From: Thermostichus sp. DRC_bins_24
GTDB taxonomy: Bacteria; Cyanobacteriota; Cyanobacteriia; Thermostichales; Thermostichaceae
Length of the DNA stretch: 64,000 nucleotides
NCBI GenBank assembly: GCA_039794845.1
Contig: JAUQVK010000086.1
Span: 1-64,000 of the forward strand
Direction of reading: 5' to 3'
Shown: positions 41,252 to 50,866 of the stretch, piece after piece
Position numbering within the stretch: position 1 is the stretch's first letter
How the letters are laid out: every line of letters begins with the position of its first letter
The notes under the pieces: model-generated
Database searches by the model: none
What the model saw: only the letters and a program-made list of their open reading frames with translations
What the model was told of the DNA's origin: nothing
Translations under genes and position numbers: made by a program

Positions 41252-42205
41252 TTACTGAGAAAATTCGTAGGCGGTTTCGGTGATTTGCCCCCGCCAGTAG
41301 GGGTGTGCTCCATCCGGCAAGATCCAGGCCACTTCTCCTGAGGTGGGTACCAACAGGCCCTGCCGCCGTTCGTAGTTTGACCAATGGCCTTCCCAAGGGG
41401 TGGGGATGATCTCTCCGTTCACGGTGCGCCCACGGGCTTCTGCCCGTACCGATTGGATCAGTCCGGCTTCGTTGAAGCGAAAAAGCAGTTTACAGCCTTT
41501 GCGCGGGTTTTCCATAGCAGGACTTGCGCTTCCTGTGTCGGCTGCAAGGGGAAGTTCTTGGCTTCTACGGTTGTAGGTGCCTAGCGGAAGGGCTGTAAGG
41601 CTCAAAGGGCCATCTTGGTAGGTCGCCCAAGCAGAAGCGTTATCCACAGGATCCCAGCGTACCCCTTGGCTGGGCAGCAAGGCCGTCGGATACCAGGGCG
41701 TTTCGGCAAACCAGCGCATCAGCTCCCCGGTGGCTGTTTGGTCTCGGTCGCGCAGATTCACCAAAGGGATCAGGCCAAACAGGGTGGCGTGCAGGATCCC
41801 TTCTCCCTGAATGTAGGCATCATGAACCCGTGCCATCATTCCCGGCGCCATGGTCACTTGGGCATTCCACAGGAACCCAGGCGAGCGGGTGGTTACCCAT
41901 TGCTCAGAGGTGAAAGGTCGCCATTGTTCGCCACTTGCGCTCAGGTTGAAAGTCCCCTTGTGCTTGAGGCGCACCGATTGTACGAGTGGTTGACCTGCCG
42001 ATAGGACGGTGCGGAAATACCGTTGTACCGGAGCGGGGAGCCCCTCTAGTTCACTTGGGTCATAGTGGGTGGGGGATGGCTCCTGGCTGTTGAGGCCAGC
42101 AAGGAGGGCTTGGGTATGGGCCTGCCAACGGGATCCCCCATACAAAATCCCCAGGAGGATCAACACAACAACCCCAAGCAAGATGAGGCCGAGGATCTTG
42201 ACCAT
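41252..42205 (-). CDS. DUF6544/DUF6920-like protein carrying an in-frame 35-aa MITE insertion
   Basis: LPAPVQRYF, PGFLWNA, ELMRWFAE.PWYPTALLP, PTPW, YWRG; insert TALP...RKGC. Confidence 0.8.
   Translation of the reverse strand: MVKILGLILLGVVVLILLGILYGGSRWQAHTQALLAGLNSQEPSPTHYDPSELEGLPAPVQRYFRTVLSAGQPLVQSVRLKHKGTFNLSASGEQWRPFTSEQWVTTRSPGFLWNAQVTMAPGMMARVHDAYIQGEGILHATLFGLIPLVNLRDRDQTATGELMRWFAETPWYPTALLPSQGVRWDPVDNASAWATYQDGPLSLTALPLGTYNRRSQELPLAADTGSASPAMENPRKGCKLLFRFNEAGLIQSVRAEARGRTVNGEIIPTPWEGHWSNYERRQGLLVPTSGEVAWILPDGAHPYWRGQITETAYEFSQ
41493..41595. mobile_element. MITE-like dispersed repeat, copy C (intragenic)
   Basis: TA-CAGCCTTTGCGCGGGTTTTCC...GGAAGGGCTG-TA; 103 bp plus duplicated TA. 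Confidence 0.88.
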
Positions 42206-42876
42206 GGCTGAACTCCTGAATAAGAAGGTGATGGGCTAGAGAGAGGAGATGGCCTTGAAGAGGCAATGACCTCCTCTAAGCGGCGGCGGGGAGTGTCGGC
42301 AACCCTTTCTAGTGGATAGCCAAGGCGCAAGAGAATTTGCGGGGATCCAGAACCCTCCACAAGTTTTTGCACCTCTGGACGCAATGCCTGCACCTGTAGC
42401 GGCTGATTGAGATAGGAAGCCTGTAACCCCATTTGGCAAGCCGTGAGCAAAACCCGAAGGGTTTGCAGGAGAGTCGGTTCGACAGGACGATCTGCAAACG
42501 GTTTGCGATAGGTGTGCCGCAGCGGAATGAACTCCACCAAGCCTGCGTCAGAAGCCGCCAGCGCCCCCCCTGGAATTAGGGTCAGCCGGGCCAGCCAATC
42601 GGGATCGGCAGGATCGGGCAAGAGTTCCACCTGTGTTCCAAACTGTTGACTGGCGGCGGCAATGCGTAGGTTCATCAGGGCACAGCCACAGCTAAGGGTC
42701 AGTTCTCGATCTTCGGGATCACTGACGGGCAAGGTGCGCGTGCGATCGGCGAACAGGTCAATTTGATTGGCAGCGACGCGAAACCACCAGGGCTGGGTGT
42801 TGTGGCTAGAAGGAGCCAGGATCGCTTGTGCAACCAACCGCTCCGCCAGTTTTTGATGTTCATCCACAATGAGCAT
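42160..42876 (-). pseudogene. Acg-like nitroreductase with apparent internal deletion
   Basis: APSSHNTQPW, DPEDRELTLSCG, RHTYRKPF then directly RVLLTA..QASYLNQP..PQILLRLGY..TPRR; tail runs into the next gene. Confidence 0.65.
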
Positions 42877-43074
42877 AATTCCTCCAGAGTGTGGAAAAGA
42901 GAGTTGACACAAAAGCAAGTCTTTGATCTATCCAAATTGGATGCAGTGGGATCGCGAGGAAAGAGATCTGAAAATCTGAATCCAACCGACAAAAACTCAT
43001 CCTCAAACCTTAAAAAGAGAGGGTCAACAGGGATCCCTTTCTCCAGGATTCGCGCAAAAGGATTTCTAGGATCA

Positions 43075-43333
43075 AGTCTTCAAGAGTGCCTGAAGAGGAG
43101 GGAAAGGCTGCTCCCAGGAACTCTCAACGAGCACCAATACAGCCCTTGCGCGGGTTTTCTACAGCAGGGATTGTGATTCCTGCTCTCGCTATGCGAGGCC
43201 CGGAGGGCCATCCTTCTAGAGAGTGGATCTCAACTTCCACAGTTGTTATACGTGACTAGCGAAAGGGCTGTTAGTCTTCAAGAGTGTCTAAAAAAGAGGA
43301 GGGAAAGGCTGCTCCTAGATGATCTCAGCGAAC
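43075..43333. repeat. Imperfect ~58-bp direct repeats bracketing MITE copy D
   Basis: AGTCTTCAAGAGTG...AGAGGAGGGAAAGGCTGCTCC at ~43075 and ~43273. Confidence 0.8.
43140..43270. mobile_element. MITE-like dispersed repeat, copy D
   Basis: TA-CAGCCCTTGCGCGGGTTTTCT...GAAAGGGCTG. Confidence 0.82.
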
Positions 43334-43362
43334 CCCCAAAAGGCCAGGAGATTTAGTTCTTC

Positions 43363-43502
43363 GGGCGCATCCCAGCTATGCAAGTTTGCCCTCATCCCCC
43401 AGCCCCTTCTCCCAAGAAGGGAGAAGGGGAACCGGATTGGAAGTCCCTCTCCCGCTTTGGGAGAGGGATTTAGGGTGAGGGTTACAAAAGTGGGATACAC
43501 CC
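43363..43502. mobile_element. Second miniature element: 12-bp imperfect TIRs enclosing two SDR-like hairpins
   Basis: GGGCGCATCCCA...TGGGATACACCC; internal CCCCTTCTCCC-AAGAA-GGGAGAAGGGG and TCCCTCTCCC-GCTTT-GGGAGAGGGA. Confidence 0.7.
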
Positions 43503-43805
43503 CCCTCCTAATAGTTTGTCATGAATAAAACCGAAGCAGAAATAGTCAGATGGGATTCTTTGTATTTGCTTTGGCTTGGTTCATGGATTCTGAGGAGTTT
43601 TGTTTTGCCATTTCTGGGTTGCTTTAATCCCAGATGAACCTCTGGTATTTGCAGGGGTTTGAGAGGGATATCCTTCTCGGATCTTGGCGGGCGATCTGGG
43701 GCAGGGTTGGGTTCACAGAGGGATCCCCCCTGTTCAACCGAACTTTTGGGATCCATAGGGCAAGCTCAGTGCTAGCCTAGTAAGGCTGTATTCTCCTGCA
43801 CGGTC

Positions 43806-43988
43806 ATGGCTGTTCCCAAGAAGAAAACCTCCAAATCCCGCAGCCGCAAGCGCTACGCCACCTGGACTCACAAGGCGACATTACAGGCCCAACGGGCAAT
43901 GACCATCGGACGCTCGATTTTGACCGGTCGCAACACCGGCTTCTACTACCCAGATGCCAAATCTGAAGAAGAGGACGAAGAAGAATAA
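43806..43988 (+). CDS. rpmF: 50S ribosomal protein L32
   Basis: MAVPKKKTSKSR; cyanobacterial Cys-free type. Confidence 0.96.
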   Translation: MAVPKKKTSKSRSRKRYATWTHKATLQAQRAMTIGRSILTGRNTGFYYPDAKSEEEDEEE

Positions 43989-44204
43989 AGGCTAGGGCAC
44001 ATCGAAAAATCCAAGCCTTATTGAGAATGGCAACGATAGAACAGGGTTTCTAGCCTTATCTGATTTGCAACAAGGCAATTCATCGAAGTGCCCGCCGGTT
44101 TTGCGGCTCCCTGCTGTTGGCCAAGTGATTACACTGGATTAGAACTGGATCCGTTAGAGAAGAGTTCTTCGGAGTCCTGTTGTTTCGCTCGTCTTCAGGC
44201 TTGC

Positions 44205-44603
44205 ATGCACTCGTTGACCTTCCTCACCTACTACCAACGGCTGGGCCTGTCTCCAGGGGCATCTCCTGAGGCCATTCGGCGGGCCTATCGGCAGCTGAGC
44301 AAACGCTACCACCCCGACACTTCTCCTCTGGCTCCTGAAGTGGCGATTCGGCGTTTTCAGGAGCTGCAGGAAGCTTATCTCGTCCTCAGCAACCCGGTGC
44401 AGCGGGCCACCTACGATGCCAGCTTGCGAGCGGTCACCTCCAGTCTGGGATCCTTCGATGCCGACTCTCTCGAGTTGCGCATGGAAACCCGGCCTCTCTC
44501 GGGGGGTGAGATCTGTGCTCTACTGCTGATGGGGGCCACCTTTGTAGTGTGCTTGGTGTTGGCGGGCACCCTGGCTTGGCTGCGGGAGGGTGGGGCGGGC
44601 TGA
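44205..44603 (+). CDS. DnaJ-domain protein with C-terminal TM
   Basis: YYQRLGL..IRRAYRQLSKRYHPD..AYLVLS. Confidence 0.9.
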   Translation: MHSLTFLTYYQRLGLSPGASPEAIRRAYRQLSKRYHPDTSPLAPEVAIRRFQELQEAYLVLSNPVQRATYDASLRAVTSSLGSFDADSLELRMETRPLSGGEICALLLMGATFVVCLVLAGTLAWLREGGAG

Positions 44604-44681
44604 TGGCTCAGTGTCGATCGAGATCGAGAGTGCTTGAGTTGGAATCCCTATCCGATTTGGTTGCGTTTCCTTGAGCTTGCC

Positions 44682-44945
44682 ATGCCTTTGCCCCCTGCCA
44701 ACACGCCCCTGTACAACCATCCTCTCCACGCCATTGAGCGTTGGTTGGAGGATCAAGGCTGCACCCGTGATCCGGAGGATGTGGAGCAGTGGTTTTGCGA
44801 ACGACCTCGTTGGAAAGCCTGCCTGCGCTTGGATGAAACTACCATTTGGGTGCGTTACACCTACCAGGATGGCAACACCAAAACGCTGTCCTTTCCCTAT
44901 TCCCTCAGCCGTGGGGATGTGGAGCAGGCGATCTTTGAGGACTAG
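44682..44945 (+). CDS. DUF3143-family protein
   Basis: LPPANTPLYNHPL..IERWL...FPYSLSRGDVEQAIF. Confidence 0.85.
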   Translation: MPLPPANTPLYNHPLHAIERWLEDQGCTRDPEDVEQWFCERPRWKACLRLDETTIWVRYTYQDGNTKTLSFPYSLSRGDVEQAIFED

Positions 44946-44951
44946 CGAGCC

Positions 44952-45710
44952 ATGCGCATTCTGCAATTGCCCGTCCTGCGCGATAACTACGTCTACCTGC
45001 TGCACGATCCTGACACGGCAACAGCAGCAGTGGTAGATCCGGCGGTGGCCGAACCGGTGCTAGAAAAACTGGCGGAGCTGCAGGCAGAACTGGTGGCGAT
45101 TTTGAATACCCACCATCATCACGACCATGTTGGGGGAAATCAGCCGTTGTTGGCCCGTTATCCGCAGGCGGCGGTCTATGCCAGTGGGGTGGATCGGGGG
45201 CGGATCCCGGGGCAGACGGTGGCGTTGGCGGCGGGGGATACGGTTCCGTTCAACGGCCACACAGCAACCGTTTTGTTTGTGCCAGGTCATACTCGCGGCC
45301 ACATCGCCTATTACTTTGCCGACAGTGGGGATCTGTTTTGTGGAGATACCCTTTTTGCCGGTGGGTGTGGACGGCTGTTTGAGGGTACCCCCCAACAAAT
45401 GCTGGGATCCCTGGATCAACTGCGCCAGCTACCGGAACCCACACGGGTGTGGTGTGCCCACGAATACACCCTCAACAATCTCAAATTTGCCCTGACGGTG
45501 GATGGAGATAACCCCGACCTCCAGGCTCGCTATCGGGCTGTGGAGGCCCTGCGCCAGGCGGGATCCCCGACTGTACCCAGCACCATTGGCGAAGAACGGC
45601 GCACCAATCCTTTTTTGCGTTGGGATCAACCCGCCCTACAAGCTGCCGCCGGGATCCAAGCGCCGGATCGGGTATTGGCTCGCATTCGGGGCATGAAGGA
45701 TCACTTCTAA
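44952..45710 (+). CDS. gloB: Hydroxyacylglutathione hydrolase (glyoxalase II)
   Basis: [37 protein letters not shown]. Confidence 0.95.
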   Translation: MRILQLPVLRDNYVYLLHDPDTATAAVVDPAVAEPVLEKLAELQAELVAILNTHHHHDHVGGNQPLLARYPQAAVYASGVDRGRIPGQTVALAAGDTVPFNGHTATVLFVPGHTRGHIAYYFADSGDLFCGDTLFAGGCGRLFEGTPQQMLGSLDQLRQLPEPTRVWCAHEYTLNNLKFALTVDGDNPDLQARYRAVEALRQAGSPTVPSTIGEERRTNPFLRWDQPALQAAAGIQAPDRVLARIRGMKDHF

Positions 45711-45878
45711 AACCCTCCTTCTCGAGCACCCTTCACCCTTTAGGCGCAAACATTGTCAGGGAGCTTAACCCAACTTTAAGGTTCATCTCTCCGAGATTTC
45801 CCTTGGAAAGGCAGGACATGCTGGTAAAATGAGATACATGACTTGAGTGTAAGTCGCTCAGCAATCTCCCGACGCCCT

Positions 45879-46994
45879 ATGTCTTGTTCTGCCTGTGAAG
45901 CTCTGCCTGTCCTTCCGCAGGGGCCAGGGCGGTTGTTTCTCTGGTTGCCGATTCCCCATAGCCACCGCAAATTGCTCACGGCTTTAGCCGCAGACGCTGT
46001 AAAAGCTGAACCCTCGGCAGATCAGGGCATTCGAGCCTTAGAAAACCTGGGCTTGGTGATCCCAATCCGGGGGAAAAGGTTGCAACCCACCCTAGAGCGA
46101 ATCGCTGGGATCCTTGCTGCCGAAGAAATGCACGCCAGTCGGGCTTTGTTTTTGCCGGGGGAAACACAGCCCCGATGGCAGGATTGTGGGCGGGTGGAGC
46201 CGTTGCCACAATTGTTACACCGGGCCCAAGCGGAGCTTTTGTTGCAGGTTTTAACGGAAAACCGATTGACCAGCTATTTTCAGCCCATCGTCTGTGCGCG
46301 GGATCCCGGTCAGGTGGTGGCCCACGAAGCCTTGATGCGGGGTATGGAGGCCGATGGGAAGGTGGTCAGCCCTGGCCCCCTCTTTGCCATGGCGCGTCAG
46401 GCTCATTTGATCTACCAATTGGATTTGGCTGCCCGCCGCACGGCCATTCAAGTGGCAACCCAGCAGAACCTAGAGGGGGATCTGTTTATCAACTTCAACC
46501 CCACCGCCATTTACGATCCGGCCTTTTGTTTGCGCTCCACCGTTTGGGCCATTACTCGTTCCGGGATCCCGCCTGAGCGGGTGGTGTTTGAGGTGAACGA
46601 GTCGGATCGCAGCCCAGATATTCAACATCTGCAAGAGATATTACGGTTTTATCGGGAGGTGGGCTTTCGCGTTGCCCTAGACGATCTCGGTGCTGGCTAT
46701 GCCTCGTTGAACTTGATCCATCAGTTGCACCCTGACCTGATCAAGCTGGATATGCAGTTGATTCGAGGGGTGGATCAGGATCCCTACAAAGCGATCATTG
46801 CCCAGAAAATCCTGGAACTGGCCCAAAGCCTGGGGATCACCACTGTTGCAGAGGGGGTAGAAACTCCCGAGGAGCTGCAGTGGGTACAAGAGCACGGTGT
46901 GGATCTGGTGCAGGGCTTTTTGATCGGTAAACCCGCCCCGACTCCGGTTCGGCAAAATTGGCCTCAAGATGCGGGCATACTTCCCCCGGGCTAA
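45879..46994 (+). CDS. EAL-domain c-di-GMP phosphodiesterase
   Basis: FQPIV, EALMR, FINF, ALDDLGAG, KLD, AEGVE, QGF. Confidence 0.92.
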   Translation: MSCSACEALPVLPQGPGRLFLWLPIPHSHRKLLTALAADAVKAEPSADQGIRALENLGLVIPIRGKRLQPTLERIAGILAAEEMHASRALFLPGETQPRWQDCGRVEPLPQLLHRAQAELLLQVLTENRLTSYFQPIVCARDPGQVVAHEALMRGMEADGKVVSPGPLFAMARQAHLIYQLDLAARRTAIQVATQQNLEGDLFINFNPTAIYDPAFCLRSTVWAITRSGIPPERVVFEVNESDRSPDIQHLQEILRFYREVGFRVALDDLGAGYASLNLIHQLHPDLIKLDMQLIRGVDQDPYKAIIAQKILELAQSLGITTVAEGVETPEELQWVQEHGVDLVQGFLIGKPAPTPVRQNWPQDAGILPPG

Positions 46995-46997
46995 GCT

Positions 46998-48185
46998 CTA
47001 GCTCGGTCGCCGCAGATGGGATCCCGCGGAAGAAAACAGCAGCGCCACCAAGATGGCCGCCCCCAACCCTTGCGCTGCTACAGAAAAGATCACCAGACCC
47101 CGCAAAGACCAATCGTAGAGAACCCCCATGAGAGCACTGCCCAAAAACCAAGCCAATCCATAGGCACTGGTAAACAGTCCAAAGGCCAAGCCCCGCCGCT
47201 CAGGAGTCACCATCCCCGCTACGGCGGCCTTCATGATCGACTCCTGTGCCCCCATGCCGATGCCCCAGAGGGTCATGCCCAGCAACGCCAGATCGTAGCG
47301 ACCGGAAAAGGCGAAGGGAGCAAAGCCGCAGGCCACCACCACCGCCCCCACCAAGCTCCACAGCCCAATGCGGTCAAAGAGCCAACCACAGCCCAGCGCC
47401 GCCACCGCATCCACGCCCATGGCCAGGGCATAGAGCAACGGGATCCCCACGCCCTCACTCCCCTCCGCATTGACCTGCTGCAGATGCAACGCAATCAAAG
47501 GAAAATCGGCAAACCCCATCGCCACAGCGGCGGCAGCCAGCAAATACAGCCAAAAAACCTTGGGTAAGCCTTTTGTTTCCAGTGCCGGAGAATGGGGTTC
47601 AAACTCCCTCGGGTTGGGATAAAGCCATTGCCCAAGTCCCAAAACGGCCAACCCCAGCAAAGCAGGGATCCCGAGCACCAGAAACCCACCGCGAAACCCG
47701 TGCCCTGCCCAGATCATCGCCGCCACCATCAGCGGCCCGCCCACGGCCCCAATCTGATCCAAGGTCTCGTGGATCCCAAAGCCTAGGCCCCGGCCCACCT
47801 GCATCGCTGCATGCGAGAGCAACACATCCCGCGGTGGGGTACGGATCCCTTTGCCGGTGCGTTCCGCCAGCAAGAGTAAGGCCGCCACAGGCCAACTGCC
47901 CACCCAGGCCAAAGCGGGGATCACAGCCGTGTTGATCAAGTAGCCCAAGGTGGTGAGCTGCCAGTAGCGCCCGCTGCGGTCGCTCAAGAACCCCACCCCC
48001 AAGCGCAGCCCATAGGCCAACAGCTCGCCGCCGCCCGCCACCAACCCGACAACGGTGCCGCTTGCTCCTAGGGATCCGAGAAAGGCCCCGGAAATGCTGC
48101 GGGCTCCCTCATAGGTGGCATCGGCACAAAGACTGACAATTCCCAGCAACAGAATGAAGCGAAGGGCACTGGGTGAATGGGGCAT
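46998..48185 (-). CDS. MFS transporter (last gene of the fluoride operon)
   Basis: About 12 hydrophobic segments; ADATYEGARS, GKGIRTPPRD, DQIGAVGGP. Confidence 0.9.
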   Translation of the reverse strand: MPHSPSALRFILLLGIVSLCADATYEGARSISGAFLGSLGASGTVVGLVAGGGELLAYGLRLGVGFLSDRSGRYWQLTTLGYLINTAVIPALAWVGSWPVAALLLLAERTGKGIRTPPRDVLLSHAAMQVGRGLGFGIHETLDQIGAVGGPLMVAAMIWAGHGFRGGFLVLGIPALLGLAVLGLGQWLYPNPREFEPHSPALETKGLPKVFWLYLLAAAAVAMGFADFPLIALHLQQVNAEGSEGVGIPLLYALAMGVDAVAALGCGWLFDRIGLWSLVGAVVVACGFAPFAFSGRYDLALLGMTLWGIGMGAQESIMKAAVAGMVTPERRGLAFGLFTSAYGLAWFLGSALMGVLYDWSLRGLVIFSVAAQGLGAAILVALLFSSAGSHLRRPS

Positions 48186-48242
48186 GAACGGCTCCTTAAG
48201 AATGGGGAATGGGATTCGGACTCAGGGGCTGACTTATTGCAG

Positions 48243-48575
48243 CTAGGGGACATGATGCAGAATTTCCACCCGATGAAAGGTAACCAACCCATCGGAGATC
48301 ATGGTTTTGACCTCCGGCAAGAAAGCTTCTATTTTTTCCGCCTCGTCGATGAACGTCACCCAAATGGGCAGGTCGGTGGACAGCTCCAAAAGGCTGCTGC
48401 TGCGAATACGGCTGTTGCGGCCAAAGCCCGCGATCGCTCTCACTACGGTGCCCCCAGCCAAACCTCGCTGACGGGCCAATTCCAACAGCGCCAAGTAAAG
48501 GGGCTTACCCTGCCAACGATTGGACTCGCCGATGTAGATGTCCAGTTGATAAACGGTTGCCTCACTGCCGAGCAT
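48243..48575 (-). CDS. DUF190 (PII-like) protein
   Basis: LDIYIGESNRWQGKPLY, GLAGGTVVRAIAGFG, LSTDLP; GGAG RBS. Confidence 0.9.
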   Translation of the reverse strand: MLGSEATVYQLDIYIGESNRWQGKPLYLALLELARQRGLAGGTVVRAIAGFGRNSRIRSSSLLELSTDLPIWVTFIDEAEKIEAFLPEVKTMISDGLVTFHRVEILHHVP

Positions 48576-48588
48576 GGGTGTTCTCCAG

Positions 48589-49026
48589 CTATTTCCAGAA
48601 TCGTGCCAACAGGATCCCGAGCTCCATGGCCACCGCCCCAAACAGGGAGGAGCCCAGCCAATAAAAAAGCCCAGTGCCGAAGCGATGTTGTTGCCAGAGG
48701 CTAAAGCTATCCAGCTCATAGGTGGAAAAGGTGGTGAAGGAGCCCAGAAAGCCCACCCCCACCAGCAGACGGACTTCCGGAGAGATGCTGGCACGTTCCA
48801 TGGCCAGGGTCATAAACCAACCCATCGCCCCGCAGCCCGATAGGTTGATGATCAGGGTCCCATAGGGAAAGCTGGGGCCAAAGTGCTCGGCAAACCAGAG
48901 GGAAAGATAGTAGCGGCTTAGGGATCCGCCAATAGCACCCAAGCCAATGGCAAAAGGGACTCTCAAACCGGGAGATGCCAAGGAATGGCTGAGGTGACTC
49001 CACACCGATTGCATCCAGAGGCTCAT
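48589..49026 (-). CDS. crcB: Fluoride channel Fluc/CrcB
   Basis: GAIGGSLSRY, FPYGTLIINLSGC, GFLGSFTTFSTY. Confidence 0.96.
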   Translation of the reverse strand: MSLWMQSVWSHLSHSLASPGLRVPFAIGLGAIGGSLSRYYLSLWFAEHFGPSFPYGTLIINLSGCGAMGWFMTLAMERASISPEVRLLVGVGFLGSFTTFSTYELDSFSLWQQHRFGTGLFYWLGSSLFGAVAMELGILLARFWK

Positions 49027-49038
49027 GGCTGCTCCTCG

Positions 49039-50739
49039 CTAGCTCTCTTTGGGAAGCGAAGGTTCTTGTCCGTTGGGTAAAGCTCTGGCGCTGAGCTTCC
49101 GATGACCCTCCGCCGTCGTAAAGCCGTTCTCCTCCACCAAGATCACCGGAATCGGGCTGGTTTCCAACACTGCTTGTGACGTGGATCCCACCAACACCTG
49201 ATCCCAACCGCGATGGCCGCGTTTGCCCATCACCACATCCGTCACCTGCCGTTCGCTGGCCATCTCCACGATCGTTTCCGCCAGGGGCCCAGAGCGCAGG
49301 CAAAATTGGTAGCGAATATCCGCCAAGAGCCGTTGGCTTAACTGCTGCAACTGTTGCGCTGGGATCCCTTGGGGTTGATCCGTGACGTGCAACACGATCA
49401 CCTCCCCCTCCACCCGCCGTGCCAAATCCGCCACCTTGCGCAGCACCGCCTCCGCCAGAGGAGAGGTATCCACCGCTGCCAAAAAGCTGACCTTGCCCTG
49501 GCTGCCCACCTTGGTGGGATCCACCTCCCCTTTTGCCAGCAGTTTGGGGGCAAACACCTGGGTGGACCAAGCCCCCAGCGGAGCCGTCACCAAAATTGAC
49601 AAAGCCGCCAGCGCCAAAATCGTCTCTCCTCCCGCCAGCCCCTCCGCCAACGGGATCCCACCAATCGCCGCCTGTACCGTCGCCTTGGCCATATTTCCCG
49701 GCAACAGAAACAGCCGCTCCCGCAGGTTCCAGTTGCTCCCCAGTGTCGAAAGCCACCAGCCCAAGCCCCGACCCACCATGAGTCCCAAGCTTAACAGCAG
49801 GATCCCCGGCAAAAACACGGATCCCAGCACCGAGAGGTTCAATGCCGCCCCCAGCAGCACAAACAAAACGATCTCCGCCACCGTCCAGAGGGCATCGAAA
49901 CCACTGCGCAACCGCCGCGCCAAAGGGGCATCCAACTCGATCAAGAAAAAGCCCATGGCCATCGCCGCCAAATACCCAGAAAAATACGGCCAGACCCGCG
50001 GGAAAATCACCAGCCACAGGGCCATACAGGCCGCCAGCAGCACATCCTGCACCGTGTTGCGCGTCCAATTTTGCCGGGTGAGCAAGGACACCAAAGCCCG
50101 TGCCCCCAGGTAGCCCATGACCAAGCCCATCCCGATTTCGATCACCACCTGAAAGGGCAGCCACTGCAACGGCGAGAGTTCCCAGCCCAAAAGATGGACG
50201 CTTTCGCCCCTGCCTTGGCCTAAAAAACTGAGCAACAGGCTAAACACCAACAGCAACAACACATCCGAAAGGGCGCTGCCGGTCAAGATTGCATCCGGGA
50301 TCCCTTTGGTCACCCCCCAGCCCAAACTTTTCAACCGCAACATCCCCGGCACGATCACCGCCGGTGACTCTGCCCCAATCACACAGCCGAGCAGCAACCC
50401 GGTGGGGAAATCCAACCCGAACAGGCCCATCCCCAGCAGCGCCACTATCACTGCCTCACAAGCTGCCGGTAAAAAGCCCAGGCGCAGCGCCACGGATCCC
50501 TGTTGGGCCAATTTCTCTCGATCCAGCCCTAGGCCCGCCTTCATCAAAATGATCATCACCGCCAGCACCCGCAGATCATCGGCTGCCGCCAGCACCTCCC
50601 CCGAGAGCACATTCCCCATCTGGGGCCCCAGCAGGATCCCGACGCCGATCATCCCCAGCAACGGGGGCATGCCCAGCCGACCGACGATTTGGCCGACGAA
50701 AAACCCCATTCCCAACATCCACAACCAACTGCCCAGCAT
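49039..50739 (-). CDS. Cation:proton antiporter fused to a universal stress protein domain
   Basis: Many TMs, KAGLGLD, SPAVIVP, ALSDV, KATVQAAIG; USP tail VVMGKRG...LVGSTSQAVL..SPIPVILV. Confidence 0.9.
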   Translation of the reverse strand: MLGSWLWMLGMGFFVGQIVGRLGMPPLLGMIGVGILLGPQMGNVLSGEVLAAADDLRVLAVMIILMKAGLGLDREKLAQQGSVALRLGFLPAACEAVIVALLGMGLFGLDFPTGLLLGCVIGAESPAVIVPGMLRLKSLGWGVTKGIPDAILTGSALSDVLLLLVFSLLLSFLGQGRGESVHLLGWELSPLQWLPFQVVIEIGMGLVMGYLGARALVSLLTRQNWTRNTVQDVLLAACMALWLVIFPRVWPYFSGYLAAMAMGFFLIELDAPLARRLRSGFDALWTVAEIVLFVLLGAALNLSVLGSVFLPGILLLSLGLMVGRGLGWWLSTLGSNWNLRERLFLLPGNMAKATVQAAIGGIPLAEGLAGGETILALAALSILVTAPLGAWSTQVFAPKLLAKGEVDPTKVGSQGKVSFLAAVDTSPLAEAVLRKVADLARRVEGEVIVLHVTDQPQGIPAQQLQQLSQRLLADIRYQFCLRSGPLAETIVEMASERQVTDVVMGKRGHRGWDQVLVGSTSQAVLETSPIPVILVEENGFTTAEGHRKLSARALPNGQEPSLPKES

Positions 50740-50826
50740 GAACGGATCCCTCTCCTTCAGTCGTGGTGTTGAGGGGCAATCCAGTGGGATAAAGTCAAAG
50801 GTCTCCGTTCAGTGAACCCAAAATCG

Positions 50827-50866
50827 AAAACCCCTACCCCCTGGACAAACCCAGAAGTGTAGGAGT
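50827..50866 (-). terminator. Riboswitch expression-platform terminator
   Basis: Minus strand ACTCCTAC-A-CTTCTGG-GTTTGT-CCAGGGG-GTAGGGGT-TTT, overlapping the aptamer 3' end. Confidence 0.8.

Noticed and set aside
43075..43333. Possible mini-CRISPR array
   Set aside because: Only two imperfect ~58-bp units, the intervening DNA is a MITE, and there are no cas genes
43315..43756. Small ORFs of 61-82 aa
   Set aside because: They derive from repeat or intergenic sequence and show no recognisable motifs
44018..44040. Fur-box-like TTATTGAGAAT after rpmF
   Set aside because: Only a half-site; no iron-related gene downstream
48716..50164. 482-aa alternative-frame ORF and many other long shadow ORFs (e.g. 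1327-2256, 26655-27614, 54001-55053)
   Set aside because: They overlap well-supported genes; typical stop-poor frames in GC-rich DNA with no motifs
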